From positions 23,242-59,112 of the forward strand of contig CAYSMI010000001.1 in the NCBI GenBank assembly GCA_964432165.1: a stretch of 35,871 bases of DNA. The letters run 5' to 3'. The notes under the pieces were generated by a model. It saw only the letters and a list, made by a program, of their open reading frames with translations. It ran no database searches and had not been told where the DNA came from. Positions within the stretch are counted from its first letter, which is position 1, and every line of letters begins with the position of its first letter. Positions 21,333 through 31,313 of this stretch are shown here, one piece after another. The stretch is from an uncultured Acidiferrobacter sp. GTDB lineage: Bacteria > Pseudomonadota > Gammaproteobacteria > Arenicellales > UBA868. The translations under genes and the position numbers were made by a program.

Positions 21333-21519
21333 ACCTATACTCCGACCGTCAGCGACGTTCCGGGATGGCCTCGTTCGTCAGGGAAATACGGGTGCTTTGA
21401 TGACGCATCCGGACTACCACATGCTTCAGACAGATGTGATCATCCGATCTGAACAGACTATCATGTCGGACGCATCATCCCAGTAAAATCTCACGGGATG
21501 CGCAACTCATCTTTAGTAA

Positions 21520-23202
21520 ATGAATAACTCCGGTCAGAGGCGAGCTCGAGCGAAAGGCGCAGCGAAGGGTCACGCGGTGGACCCGGCGGCACAGGTCGAG
21601 GTCAGTACCCTCATCGCTGGAATCGAGCCCAGGCGGGATCAGCTCATCGAATGCCTGCACCGGATTCAGGACGTCTACCAGCACCTGTCCGCCCGGCATC
21701 TGGTCGCATTGGCCGATTTACTGCGGTTGGCTCCGGCCGAGGTTTATGAGGTGGCGACTTTTTATCACCATTTCGACGTGGTTCGAGATAGCGAGACCGC
21801 CCCGCCGTCTCTGACGGTTAGGGTCTGCGATTCCGTCAGCTGCAGCCTGTTTGGTGCGGAGGCGCTGATCAGTGATCTCCAATCGCAGTTTGGCGAAGTG
21901 GTGCGTATCCAGCGGGTGCCGTGTGTCGGCCGCTGTGACGAGGCGCCCGTTGCAGTGGTTGGCCAGCACCCTGTTGGGCATGCGAATTCTGCGAAGGTAT
22001 CTGCCTGCGTGGACCAGGGCCAGGTCGGCCCTGACACGCCGGAGGATTGGGTCCGGTATGACGCTTACTGTGCCGATGATGGGTATGCGTTGGCGATGCG
22101 TTGTCAGGACGATCCGGAACTCGCCGGGTCGATCATCGATGAGCTTGATTCCTCGGGTCTTCGGGGTCTTGGTGGCGCCGGATTCCCGGCCGGGCGCAAG
22201 TGGCGGATTCTGAAGGATCAACCAGCCCCCCGGCTGATGGCGGTCAACATAGATGAAGGGGAACCGGGGACCTTCAAGGACCGCTATTACCTTGAACGCG
22301 ATCCGCACCGATTTCTGGAAGGCGTACTCATCGCCGCACAGGTGGTGGGAATCGACAGTTGTTACCTGTATGTCCGGGATGAATATCCCGGGGTTATCGA
22401 GATTCTGAACGAGGCTATTGCAGAACTGAAAGCGGGGTTCGAAAAGCCGCTACCGGAACTTATCGTCCGCCGTGGCGCGGGCGCCTACATCTGCGGAGAA
22501 GAGTCAGCCATGATCGAGTCCATTGAGGGCAAGCGTGGGCTCCCAAGATTGCGTCCGCCGTATGTTGCCGAGGTGGGGCTGTTTGGCCGTCCGACGCTGG
22601 AGCACAACTGCGAAACGCTCTACTGGGTGAGAGACATTGTCGATAAAGGATCCGAGTGGTTTGCCGGCCAGGGTCGGCGCGGCAGAAAAGGCCTGCGTTC
22701 ATTTTCTGTCAGTGGGCGCGTCAAGAAGCCGGGAGTCCATCTGGCACCCGCAGGGATCAGTCTGCGCGAACTGATTGATGAATTTTGCGGCGGAATGCTG
22801 GAAGGTCACTCGCTTTACGCTTACTTTCCGGGCGGCGCCTCGGGCGGCATTCTGCCGGCAGAACTCGCTGATGAACCGCTCGACTTTGACACCCTTCAGC
22901 CGCACGGGTGTTTTATCGGTTCCGCTGCCGTAATGGTGCTCTCTGATCAGGACCAGGTGCGGGACGCGGCATTGAATACCCTGAAGTTCTTCGCCCACGA
23001 GTCCTGCGGGCAATGTACACCCTGCCGGGTGGGCTGCGACCGGGCCACCGAGCTGATGAAGCATCCTGTCTGGGATCAGGTGCTGCTTGAAGAACTCGCC
23101 ACAGTCATGGAAGATGCGTCGATCTGCGGCCTGGGACAGGCGGCGCCTAATCCTATCCGGTGTACGATCAAATATTTTCCGCACGAGGTTGAAAGTCAGT
23201 GA
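21520..23202 (+). CDS. NAD-dependent formate dehydrogenase beta subunit (fused NuoE/NuoF-like diaphorase; Fdh1B-like)
   Basis: N-terminal 2Fe-2S motifs CDSVSC and CVGRC; FMN/NAD motifs GLGGAGFP, DEGEPGTFKDR and GAGAYICGEESA; 4Fe-4S motif CGQCTPCR...CGLG. Overlaps the alpha subunit by 4 bp. Confidence 0.93.
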   Translation: MNNSGQRRARAKGAAKGHAVDPAAQVEVSTLIAGIEPRRDQLIECLHRIQDVYQHLSARHLVALADLLRLAPAEVYEVATFYHHFDVVRDSETAPPSLTVRVCDSVSCSLFGAEALISDLQSQFGEVVRIQRVPCVGRCDEAPVAVVGQHPVGHANSAKVSACVDQGQVGPDTPEDWVRYDAYCADDGYALAMRCQDDPELAGSIIDELDSSGLRGLGGAGFPAGRKWRILKDQPAPRLMAVNIDEGEPGTFKDRYYLERDPHRFLEGVLIAAQVVGIDSCYLYVRDEYPGVIEILNEAIAELKAGFEKPLPELIVRRGAGAYICGEESAMIESIEGKRGLPRLRPPYVAEVGLFGRPTLEHNCETLYWVRDIVDKGSEWFAGQGRRGRKGLRSFSVSGRVKKPGVHLAPAGISLRELIDEFCGGMLEGHSLYAYFPGGASGGILPAELADEPLDFDTLQPHGCFIGSAAVMVLSDQDQVRDAALNTLKFFAHESCGQCTPCRVGCDRATELMKHPVWDQVLLEELATVMEDASICGLGQAAPNPIRCTIKYFPHEVESQ

Positions 23203-25937
23203 CTACGGCTACACACACTCCCGGTGGAGTCAGCTTCACCCTCAATAATCAGCCGCTGACGGCGGCGTCAGACGAGACCATCCTGCAGGCAGCAAGACGT
23301 AACGGAGTCGATATTCCGCACCTGTGCTATGCGGATGGGTTAGCGACCGCCGGCAACTGCCGGGCCTGTGTTGTTGAGATCGAGGGCGAGCGTGTGCTGG
23401 CACCTTCATGTTGTCGTGCTCCGACCGAAGGGATGACGGTGTCCAGTGATAATGAGCGGGCCCGCCGGTCACAGTCTCTTGTGCTGGAACTGTTGCGGGG
23501 CGAGGTCGGTGATGCGAGCCATACACAGGAGTCAGAGCTTGATCACTGGTGCGAGCGCTATGAACTCAAGCGCAGCCGCTTCGGTGGTCGCAGCCAACCC
23601 TTGGAGGATGTCTCGCATCCGGCTATCGCAGTCAACCTCGAAAGCTGCATCCAGTGCACCCGGTGTGTCCGCGCCTGCCGTGAGGAGCAGATGAACGATG
23701 TCATCGGCCTCGCACACCGCGGGGCGCACGCCCAAATTGTGTTTGATCTCGATGATTCGATGGGTGCGAGCTCCTGCGTTGGATGCGGTGAATGTGTCCA
23801 GGCCTGCCCCACCGGCGCGCTGATGCCTGCAGGCGAAGTCGGCATGGAGACAATTGACCACAAAGTAGACTCGGTCTGTCCTTACTGTGGTGTGGGCTGT
23901 CTCCTCACCTACCATGTCAGAGACAACCGCATCCGCTACGTCACAGGCCGTGACGGGCCCGCCAATAAGGGCCGCCTGTGCGTTAAGGGCCGTTACGGTT
24001 TTGACTATGTCGATCATCCCGACCGGCTGACCCAGCCGATGATCCGCCGGGAAGGGGTACCCAAGGGCCTCAGCGAGCATTTTGATCCCCATCAGCCCGA
24101 GAAGATGTTCAAAACGGTGTCCTGGGAAGAGGCGCTGGACCAGGCGGCAAGCGGCCTTCGGAAAATCCGCGACGCTGACGGCCCGCAGGCATTGGCCGGT
24201 TTTGGATCGGCCAAGGGCAGTAATGAAGAGGCCTATCTCTTCCAGAAACTCGTACGTACCGGATTTGGCACCAACAACGTTGACCACTGTACCCGGCTAT
24301 GCCACGCCTCTTCAGTAGCAGCGCTATTGGAAGGCATCGGCTCGGGCGCGGTTTCAAACCAGGTCGAGGATGCGGCACACGCAGAGGTCATCGTGGTGAT
24401 CGGTGCAAATCCAACCGGAAACCACCCCGTCGCGGCGACCTTCATCAAGAATGCGGCCCGGCGTGGCGCGACCCTGATCGTTATGGATCCACGCCGGACC
24501 GAACTTGCCCGTCATGCGGATCATTTTCTGCAGTTCCGCGCAGATACCGATGTCGCCCTGCTGAACGCCATGATCCATACCATTGTCGAAGAAGGACTTA
24601 CCGATCAGGCCTTCATCGAGGCTCGGACGCGTGATTTTGACGAACTGCGTGAAAAAGTCGGGCAATTCAGTCCCGAGGAGATGGCGCCGATATGCGGTAT
24701 TGATGCCGAGGTGATCCGCGCCTGCGCCCGTGCTTACGCCTCGTCCAAGGCTTCAATCATCTTCTGGGGAATGGGGATTTCACAGCATGTGCATGGTACC
24801 GATAACGCCCGCTGCCTGATCGCGCTGTCGCTGATGACCGGGAATATCGGCCGACCCGGAACCGGCCTGCATCCTTTACGCGGACAGAACAACGTCCAGG
24901 GCGCATCGGATGCCGGCCTTATCCCAATGATGTTCCCCGATTACCGACGGGTGGATAACGAAGAAGCCGCCGCGTTCTTCTCGGATTACTGGAAGGCGGA
25001 TCTTGATGACACACCCGGGCTGACCGTGGTGGAAATCATGGACCAAGCCTGTGAGGGGAAGATCCGGGGCATGTACATCATGGGTGAGAATCCCGCCATG
25101 TCTGATCCGGACCTCAATCATTCGCGGGCAGGACTTGCTGCGCTTGACCACCTTGTGCTGCAGGACATCTTTCTGACAGAGACGGCCGCCTATGCAGATA
25201 TTCTGCTGCCTGCCTCGGCTTTTCCTGAAAAGACAGGCACTTTTTCGAATACCGACCGGCGTGTGCAGGTGGGCCGTCAGGCGCTGGAACCCCCGGGTGA
25301 GGCGCGCCAGGACATGTGGATCATCGAGGAGATCGCCAAACGCCTCAATCTTGACTGGCGCTATGACAGTGTCGAGGCGGTGTTTAATGAAATGCGCGGT
25401 GCCATGCCGAGTATCGCCGGTATGTCATGGCAAAGGCTTCAGGCTCAGCACAGCATCACCTATCCCTGTGCAGGTGACGATGATCCGGGGCAAGGGGTGG
25501 TCTTTCAGGACGCCTTCCCGACGAATGATGGACGCGGCCGGTTCGTGCCGGCAAGTCCCGAGAGTGCCAACGAACTCCCGGACAAGGACTATCCACTGGT
25601 CCTGATCACGGGCCGTCAGCTGGAACACTGGCACACCGGATCTATGACCCGAAGGTCGCGAGTACTTGACGCGATCGAGCCTGACCCGGTGGTCAGTGCA
25701 CACCCCGACGACCTTGAGCAGGTCGGGGTCGCAGAGGGGGAGTCGATCCGGGTCACTTCAAGGCGCGGTGAGGTGGTTGCGCTTGCCCGTGCGGATCGGG
25801 GAATGCGTCAGGGAGAGGTCTTTATTCCCTTTTGTTACCACGAAGCAGCAGCGAACCTGTTGACCAATGCTGCGCTCGACCCTGTGGGAAAAATCGCAGA
25901 GGTTAAGTACTGTGCCGTGCGGGTGAGTGCGGCCTGA
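23199..25937 (+). CDS. fdhF: NAD-dependent formate dehydrogenase alpha subunit (Mo/W-bisPGD, Cys ligand; Fdh1A-like)
   Basis: 2Fe-2S (HLC..GNCRAC..C), 4Fe-4S motifs [23 protein letters not shown] and CPYCGVGC...C, and active-site motifs [14 protein letters not shown] and LRGQNNVQG. Confidence 0.96.
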   Translation: MTTATHTPGGVSFTLNNQPLTAASDETILQAARRNGVDIPHLCYADGLATAGNCRACVVEIEGERVLAPSCCRAPTEGMTVSSDNERARRSQSLVLELLRGEVGDASHTQESELDHWCERYELKRSRFGGRSQPLEDVSHPAIAVNLESCIQCTRCVRACREEQMNDVIGLAHRGAHAQIVFDLDDSMGASSCVGCGECVQACPTGALMPAGEVGMETIDHKVDSVCPYCGVGCLLTYHVRDNRIRYVTGRDGPANKGRLCVKGRYGFDYVDHPDRLTQPMIRREGVPKGLSEHFDPHQPEKMFKTVSWEEALDQAASGLRKIRDADGPQALAGFGSAKGSNEEAYLFQKLVRTGFGTNNVDHCTRLCHASSVAALLEGIGSGAVSNQVEDAAHAEVIVVIGANPTGNHPVAATFIKNAARRGATLIVMDPRRTELARHADHFLQFRADTDVALLNAMIHTIVEEGLTDQAFIEARTRDFDELREKVGQFSPEEMAPICGIDAEVIRACARAYASSKASIIFWGMGISQHVHGTDNARCLIALSLMTGNIGRPGTGLHPLRGQNNVQGASDAGLIPMMFPDYRRVDNEEAAAFFSDYWKADLDDTPGLTVVEIMDQACEGKIRGMYIMGENPAMSDPDLNHSRAGLAALDHLVLQDIFLTETAAYADILLPASAFPEKTGTFSNTDRRVQVGRQALEPPGEARQDMWIIEEIAKRLNLDWRYDSVEAVFNEMRGAMPSIAGMSWQRLQAQHSITYPCAGDDDPGQGVVFQDAFPTNDGRGRFVPASPESANELPDKDYPLVLITGRQLEHWHTGSMTRRSRVLDAIEPDPVVSAHPDDLEQVGVAEGESIRVTSRRGEVVALARADRGMRQGEVFIPFCYHEAAANLLTNAALDPVGKIAEVKYCAVRVSAA

Positions 25938-25951
25938 AGACAGGAATCACA

Positions 25952-26833
25952 ATGACAAAAAAAATCGATGGTAAGGCATTCGCGCAGGGACTGAGAGCGC
26001 GCGTCGGTGAGGCGATCAGCGCCCTGCAGCGCGATCACGGCCTGACGCCCGGGCTGGCCGTGGTGCTGGTGGGTGAAGACCCGGCGAGCCAGGTTTACGT
26101 GCGTAACAAGGGTAAACAGACACTGGAAGCCGGGATGAATTCCTACGAACACAAATTGTCAGAGGCCACCGGCCAGGAAGAACTGCTCGCGCTGATTTCC
26201 AAGCTGAACGATGACCCCAATGTTCATGGAATTCTGGTTCAACTGCCTTTGCCCTCGCAGATTGATTCTCATGCGGTGATTAATGCCATCGATCCAGACA
26301 AAGACGTAGATGGCTTTCATCTGATCAATGTCGGCCGATTGGCAACCGGGGCGCCGGGGCTGGTTCCCTGCACTCCGCTTGGCTGTATGATGCTGCTCAA
26401 AGATGAGCTCAAAGACCTGAGCGGAAAAAACGCGGTGGTGGTGGGTCGATCCAACATTGTGGGCAAACCAATGTCAGCCTTGCTGCTGGCCGAGAGCTGC
26501 ACCGTCACCATCGCGCATTCCCGTACACAGGACCTCCCAGGAGTCTGCCGCGAGGCGGACATCCTGGTGGCGGCGGTGGGTCGACCGGAAATGATACCCG
26601 GCGACTGGATCAAGCCCGGGGCCACGGTGATTGATGTCGGTATCAATCGCGTAGAAGGAGATGAAGGAAAAACCCGCCTGGTGGGTGATGTGGATTACGC
26701 CTCGGCACAATCCGTTGCCGGTGCGATCACACCCGTGCCCGGAGGTGTTGGGCCGATGACCATAGCATGTCTTTTGCGCAATACGGTGCAGGCCGCCTGC
26801 GCAGCGAACGGGATCACCTTTAATCTCGATTAG
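25952..26833 (+). CDS. folD: Bifunctional methylenetetrahydrofolate dehydrogenase/cyclohydrolase
   Basis: Motifs [56 protein letters not shown] and [11 protein letters not shown]. Confidence 0.97.
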   Translation: MTKKIDGKAFAQGLRARVGEAISALQRDHGLTPGLAVVLVGEDPASQVYVRNKGKQTLEAGMNSYEHKLSEATGQEELLALISKLNDDPNVHGILVQLPLPSQIDSHAVINAIDPDKDVDGFHLINVGRLATGAPGLVPCTPLGCMMLLKDELKDLSGKNAVVVGRSNIVGKPMSALLLAESCTVTIAHSRTQDLPGVCREADILVAAVGRPEMIPGDWIKPGATVIDVGINRVEGDEGKTRLVGDVDYASAQSVAGAITPVPGGVGPMTIACLLRNTVQAACAANGITFNLD

Positions 26834-26875
26834 GACCCGGGCGCTCCGGGGTAGTTTGGCTGTGAATACCGGCGT

Positions 26876-29800
26876 TTATTGAAAGTCCCGGCTCCGGGTA
26901 GTGAGGTTTCCCAGCAGTGCCGTGTAGTCTTTGAGGTGATGGGCAATCACATGAATCACCTGGCCCTCTCTTTGGATCTGGCCACGCACCCCAAGCAGCT
27001 GTGACCCGACCAGCACCTGATGCTGGCGCTCTGCCAGCCGTTGCCAGACCACCAGGTTGATATTGCCGGTTTCATCCTCAAGCGTCACAAAGGTGACATT
27101 ATTTGCACTCGATGGTTTTTGCCGCGTCGTGACGATCCCGGCGGTGTATACATAATGTCCATTTTGTGATCGACCGATATCAGCGCTCGTGATGACACCC
27201 AAAGACTGGAGTTGTTGGCGTAGCAAAGCCAGGGGATGCGGACCCAGTGTCAGTCCTATACTGGCGTAATCCGCGCATACCGACTCACCCGCATGTGGTG
27301 CGCGCAGCATGGGTACGGCTTCACGGATACGTGGCGTCGGGAATACCGGTGAGGATTTCTCAACACCGCCTGCGGCCCACGCTGCCTGGCGCCGATGCCC
27401 CTGTATCAGAGTTGATAAAGCGTCAGCGCCAGCCAGTGCCTGGAGATCCCCTTTATCCAGGGCAGCGCGGTGAGCAAGGTCTTCAAGACTGGCAAAAGGT
27501 TGTCGCTGTCGGGCTGCAGTCAAACGTGCCGCACCAGCATGGCTGAGGTGCTTGACCATTCTTAACCCCAGGCGCAGTGCCAGATCCCCATTGACGGGCT
27601 CGATAGCGCAGTCCCATTCGCTCTTCGTGACGTCAACCGGCCGGATGCTGACACCATGGCGGCGCGCATCCTGCACCAGTTGGGAGGGAGAATAAAAACC
27701 CATCGGCTGGCTGTTCAGCAGGGCGCAGGTAAATATGGCAGGTTCGTGGCATTTGAACCACGCAGACACATATACCATCAATGCAAAACTGGCCGCGTGT
27801 GATTCGGGAAAACCGTATTCACCAAACCCCAGAATCTGCTGATAGATGCGTCGTGCAAAGTCCTCGCTGTAGCCACGCTCGCGCATACCCCGGATCAGCC
27901 GCTCCTCATAGTGACCCAGTCCACCATGACGCTTCCAGGCTGCCATGTCCCGGCGCAGACCGTCAGCCTCTCCTGGTGTGAAGCCGGCTGCAACCATTGC
28001 CAGTTTGATGACCTGCTCCTGGAAGATTGGGACACCCAGGGTGCGTTCCAGTACTTCCCGAACCGCTTCACTGGGATAGACGACAGCCTCTTCACCATTA
28101 CGGCGCCTGAGATAGGGATGCACCATGTCACCCTGAATTGGCCCTGGACGGACAATAGCCACCTCAATCACCAGGTCGTAAAAGCAACGCGGCCGAAGGC
28201 GGGGCAGCATGGCCATCTGGGCGCGTGATTCAATCTGGAAGACCCCGACCGTGTCGGCATTGCTGATCATCCGGTAGACCTTTAAATCTTCTGTGGGTAC
28301 GGTCGCCATGGTCATCTCGGTGCCACGGTGCTTGCGCATCAGATCGAGCGCACGATGAATTGCGCTCAGCATACCCAGCGCCAGGCAGTCGACTTTAAGC
28401 AGGCCAAGGATGTCGATATCGGTTTTATCCCATTGGATGACGGTCCGCTCGGCCATGGCGGCATTTTCGATAGGCACCAGATCGCACAGGGGTTCGTGGG
28501 AGATCACAAAGCCCCCGGAATGCTGGGACAGATGACGGGGAAAACCGATCAGCTGTTGGATAAGTGTCAGTACCTGGCGCAGCACCGGAGCGTTTGGGTC
28601 AAGACCGATTTCCTGTACGTGACGTGGTACGACCTGATTGTTCTGCCACCAGATACGGTTTCCGGCGAGACGCTCGATCTGATCCTGCGACAGACCCAGC
28701 GCCTGCCCGACATCGCGTACCGCGCTGCGGGAGCGGTAAGTGATCACTGCGCTGGTCAGTGCGGCCCGGTGTCGTCCGTAGCGCCGGTAGACATATTGCA
28801 TGACTTCCTCGCGCCGCTCGTGCTCAAAGTCCACATCAATGTCCGGCGGCTCGTTACGCTCACGTGAGACGAAGCGTTCAAACAGGATCTCCATGTGCGT
28901 CGGATCGACTTCGGTAATCCCCAGGGCAAAGCACACCGCTGAATTTGCTGCCGAGCCACGACCCTGACAGAGAATGTTTCGGGACCTCGCAAAGCAGACA
29001 ATATCGTAGACCGTCAGGAAGTAGCCTTCGTAACCCAGTTCGGCAATCAGGCTGAGTTCATGCTCAATCTGGCGGCTCACTTTTCCAGCGGGTCCGTCCG
29101 GCCAGCGCTTTTGGATACCCGAGTCGACCAGTTGACGAAGATACTGCGCGGGGCTCAAGTCATCCGGTACCAGCTCACAGGGGTAGCGATAGTGCAGTTC
29201 ATCCAGCGAGAAGCGGCACCGATCCGCAATCTTTATGCTTTCATCCAGAAGAGAGCGTGGATAAATGCGCTCCAGGACCGCTTGGGTTTTGAGGTGTCGC
29301 TCTGCGTTGGGCGCAAGTGCGTGCTTGATGGCGGCGACGGGTTTTTGACACCGTATTGCAGACAGTGTGTCCTGCAGGGACTGACGCACCCGGATGTGCA
29401 TATGCACATTTCCGGCTGCAACCAAAGGCACGCCGGTTTTTTGTGACAAATCCTGCAGAGACTGCCGATGGATATGGTCACTGCCATAGCCTGGCTGCTC
29501 AAGCGCAAGCCAGATCCTGCCGGGCATCAGTTTCTGCATACGCCGGGTATGCTGAAAAAGTGCCTGATAACGTGACGCCAGTACGCCTTCTGATGCCGGC
29601 GCAGGGTCACTGACAACCAGCGCAAGACAGTTTTGAAGGGAATCTGTACAAAGGTCATTGGCGCTGAGGCGGTAGTGACCCTTCGCTGCATGCCGGCGAG
29701 ACGCGGTAATCAGTCGTGTTAACTCGCGGTAGCCCTCCCGGTTCATAACCAGGAGAACCAGCCTGTCGCCGTTCTCCAGGGTGAATTCACTGCCGATAAT

Positions 29801-29986
29801 GAGGTGCAGGCCCAGTTCACGGGCCGCAGTATGCGCTCTGACAACTCCGGCAATACTGCACTCGTCGGTCAGGGCAAGCGCGCGGTACCCAAGTTCAAAA
29901 GCCCTTTGGACCAGTTCGCCAGGGTGCGAGGCACCCCTTAAAAAGGTGAAATTTGATATGCAGTGCAGTTCGGCATAGCCGGACAT
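26876..29986 (-). CDS. dnaE2: Error-prone DNA polymerase DnaE2 (ImuC)
   Basis: PHP domain YAELHC.SNF.FLRGAS, CQGRGSAANS, catalytic PPDIDVDFEHERREEV, PRHLSQH.GG, FQIESRAQM, YGFPESHA, NSQPMGFY, an OB fold (F.TLEDETG) and a C-terminal SRDF motif. Confidence 0.97.
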   Translation of the reverse strand: MSGYAELHCISNFTFLRGASHPGELVQRAFELGYRALALTDECSIAGVVRAHTAARELGLHLIIGSEFTLENGDRLVLLVMNREGYRELTRLITASRRHAAKGHYRLSANDLCTDSLQNCLALVVSDPAPASEGVLASRYQALFQHTRRMQKLMPGRIWLALEQPGYGSDHIHRQSLQDLSQKTGVPLVAAGNVHMHIRVRQSLQDTLSAIRCQKPVAAIKHALAPNAERHLKTQAVLERIYPRSLLDESIKIADRCRFSLDELHYRYPCELVPDDLSPAQYLRQLVDSGIQKRWPDGPAGKVSRQIEHELSLIAELGYEGYFLTVYDIVCFARSRNILCQGRGSAANSAVCFALGITEVDPTHMEILFERFVSRERNEPPDIDVDFEHERREEVMQYVYRRYGRHRAALTSAVITYRSRSAVRDVGQALGLSQDQIERLAGNRIWWQNNQVVPRHVQEIGLDPNAPVLRQVLTLIQQLIGFPRHLSQHSGGFVISHEPLCDLVPIENAAMAERTVIQWDKTDIDILGLLKVDCLALGMLSAIHRALDLMRKHRGTEMTMATVPTEDLKVYRMISNADTVGVFQIESRAQMAMLPRLRPRCFYDLVIEVAIVRPGPIQGDMVHPYLRRRNGEEAVVYPSEAVREVLERTLGVPIFQEQVIKLAMVAAGFTPGEADGLRRDMAAWKRHGGLGHYEERLIRGMRERGYSEDFARRIYQQILGFGEYGFPESHAASFALMVYVSAWFKCHEPAIFTCALLNSQPMGFYSPSQLVQDARRHGVSIRPVDVTKSEWDCAIEPVNGDLALRLGLRMVKHLSHAGAARLTAARQRQPFASLEDLAHRAALDKGDLQALAGADALSTLIQGHRRQAAWAAGGVEKSSPVFPTPRIREAVPMLRAPHAGESVCADYASIGLTLGPHPLALLRQQLQSLGVITSADIGRSQNGHYVYTAGIVTTRQKPSSANNVTFVTLEDETGNINLVVWQRLAERQHQVLVGSQLLGVRGQIQREGQVIHVIAHHLKDYTALLGNLTTRSRDFQ

Positions 29987-30003
29987 GAAAGTAATCCAGT
30001 ATA

Positions 30004-30019
30004 CTGTATAAATATACAG
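30004..30019. promoter_or_regulatory. LexA (SOS) box CTGTATAAATATACAG upstream of dnaE2
   Basis: Matches the gamma/beta-proteobacterial CTGT-N8-ACAG consensus, with TA flanks and an AT-rich core. It lies 17 bp upstream of the dnaE2 ATG, inside a 34-bp palindrome (29995-30028). Confidence 0.92.
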
Positions 30020-30060
30020 TATACTGGAAACAGTTTACGGGGTGCATCCGTCGATGCCGG

Positions 30061-31266
30061 TCAGGCCTGGCGTCGCGCCATCGCAATAAAGCCCACCGCA
30101 AAGAGCGAGAGCATCCCGGCGAACCCGAAACTTGCCACCAGGCTGAAATCTCCAATCAGGCCGGCAAGCACCGCTCCAAGGGCGCCCACGCCATCCAGTA
30201 CCACGAATACAAATCCCATTGATGTAGCCTCGTGCTTACTCGAATAATCCACGGCCATTGCAAGGACGCCTGAGCGGATCGTGACCAGAATCGCCATGGC
30301 ACCCACGAGTACCCCGATGGTCGCTAGCGGTGCATCCAGCACCAGTACGGACCCGGCCATGACCGCCGCTACCACCGAACAGGCTGCAAAAATACCGAAG
30401 CGCCCACGCCGGTCCGAAAGTCGCCCTACCACTGGCTGGCCAATCGCCCCAGCCAGCATGGCGAGGGCAAATGCGACGCCCGTTTCTGCCGGACTGAATC
30501 CGAAAACGCGCTGTGAATAGAACGGCATCATGGTCATCAGTGCGATCAGCGCCATGTTGTAGGTTGCAATCCCCGCAACCAGAAGCAGCCCCGTCCGACT
30601 CCGCCACTGGGAAATGAACACAAGGAGGTCGCTCTTGGTCAGGGCCGTGCTGACGTGCCTGGACGGAATGCGCCGGAACAGGAAAAAGAAGATAGTCCCC
30701 ATCAATGCAGCCGGAAGTACCGAGAACTGCAGAACCTGCTGCCAGTCGAGCATGGCCAGTAGGAAGCCCACCATGAGTGGAGAAAAGACTTCGGCGAGCG
30801 TTCCGCCAATGGCATGAACACCGAGCGCCTGTCCGCGCTGTTGCGGCATTTGCCGTACCAGCATGCCGGTCGCAATCGGATGCCAGGCCGCATCACCCAT
30901 GCCGCCGATAGCGAGCAGGACTGCAAGAGACCAGAATCCCGGCGCTTCCGATGCCAGCAGATAGCCGAGCGTGACCCACCAGAAGGTTCCCAGGAGTAGA
31001 GCGCCTTGGGAGCGAACCCGGTCCGCCAGAATACCGGCCGGAAAGTATGCAAGCGATGCACCAATCGAATGAATCGTGAGCAAGAGGCCAATCTCGGAAG
31101 GTCTAAGTTCAAGCGCAAGACCAATCGCGGGTGCAAGAAGCCAGATGGCCGCCGATGCCCAGTCGTTGGAAAGATGACCCAGGACGCAGACGCCCTGCAG
31201 TGCCTTCGATCCCAATAGCCGGCTCTGTTGATCTGACGGATGGCTTTCCGGATTTATGATAGTCAT
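30061..31266 (-). CDS. MFS transporter (Fsr-like)
   Basis: About 12 TM helices; GH..ND in TM1, motif A GILADR and GRLSDRRGR, G.A.WHP, RG.ALG.H..GG and GQP.VG. Start placed at ATG 31266 to avoid overlapping the divergent gene. Confidence 0.9.
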   Translation of the reverse strand: MTIINPESHPSDQQSRLLGSKALQGVCVLGHLSNDWASAAIWLLAPAIGLALELRPSEIGLLLTIHSIGASLAYFPAGILADRVRSQGALLLGTFWWVTLGYLLASEAPGFWSLAVLLAIGGMGDAAWHPIATGMLVRQMPQQRGQALGVHAIGGTLAEVFSPLMVGFLLAMLDWQQVLQFSVLPAALMGTIFFFLFRRIPSRHVSTALTKSDLLVFISQWRSRTGLLLVAGIATYNMALIALMTMMPFYSQRVFGFSPAETGVAFALAMLAGAIGQPVVGRLSDRRGRFGIFAACSVVAAVMAGSVLVLDAPLATIGVLVGAMAILVTIRSGVLAMAVDYSSKHEATSMGFVFVVLDGVGALGAVLAGLIGDFSLVASFGFAGMLSLFAVGFIAMARRQA

Positions 31267-31313
31267 TGTGTCAAAATCACGCCCACTAAATTCGACCGAG
31301 CACCTACATCGCC

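Noticed and set aside
21380-21395. AGGGAA...GGTG resembling the start of a cobalamin riboswitch
   Set aside because: The downstream GCCCCCGCAACTGT element and B12 box are absent.
21298-21486. 62-aa ORF in the ccmA-FDH intergenic region
   Set aside because: GTG start with no Shine-Dalgarno, no recognisable motif, and it spans a likely promoter. A leader peptide cannot be excluded but is unsupported.
24290-24315. Selenocysteine recoding in the FDH alpha subunit
   Set aside because: The ligand codon is TGC (Cys) in an uninterrupted frame; there is no in-frame TGA.
26836-26902. Short CCCGG..CCGGG hairpins and a CTCCGGG(G)TAGT near-repeat at the folD/dnaE2 junction
   Set aside because: Stems are short with no U-tract, and the second copy is within coding sequence. 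Too weak to call a terminator or an insertion scar.
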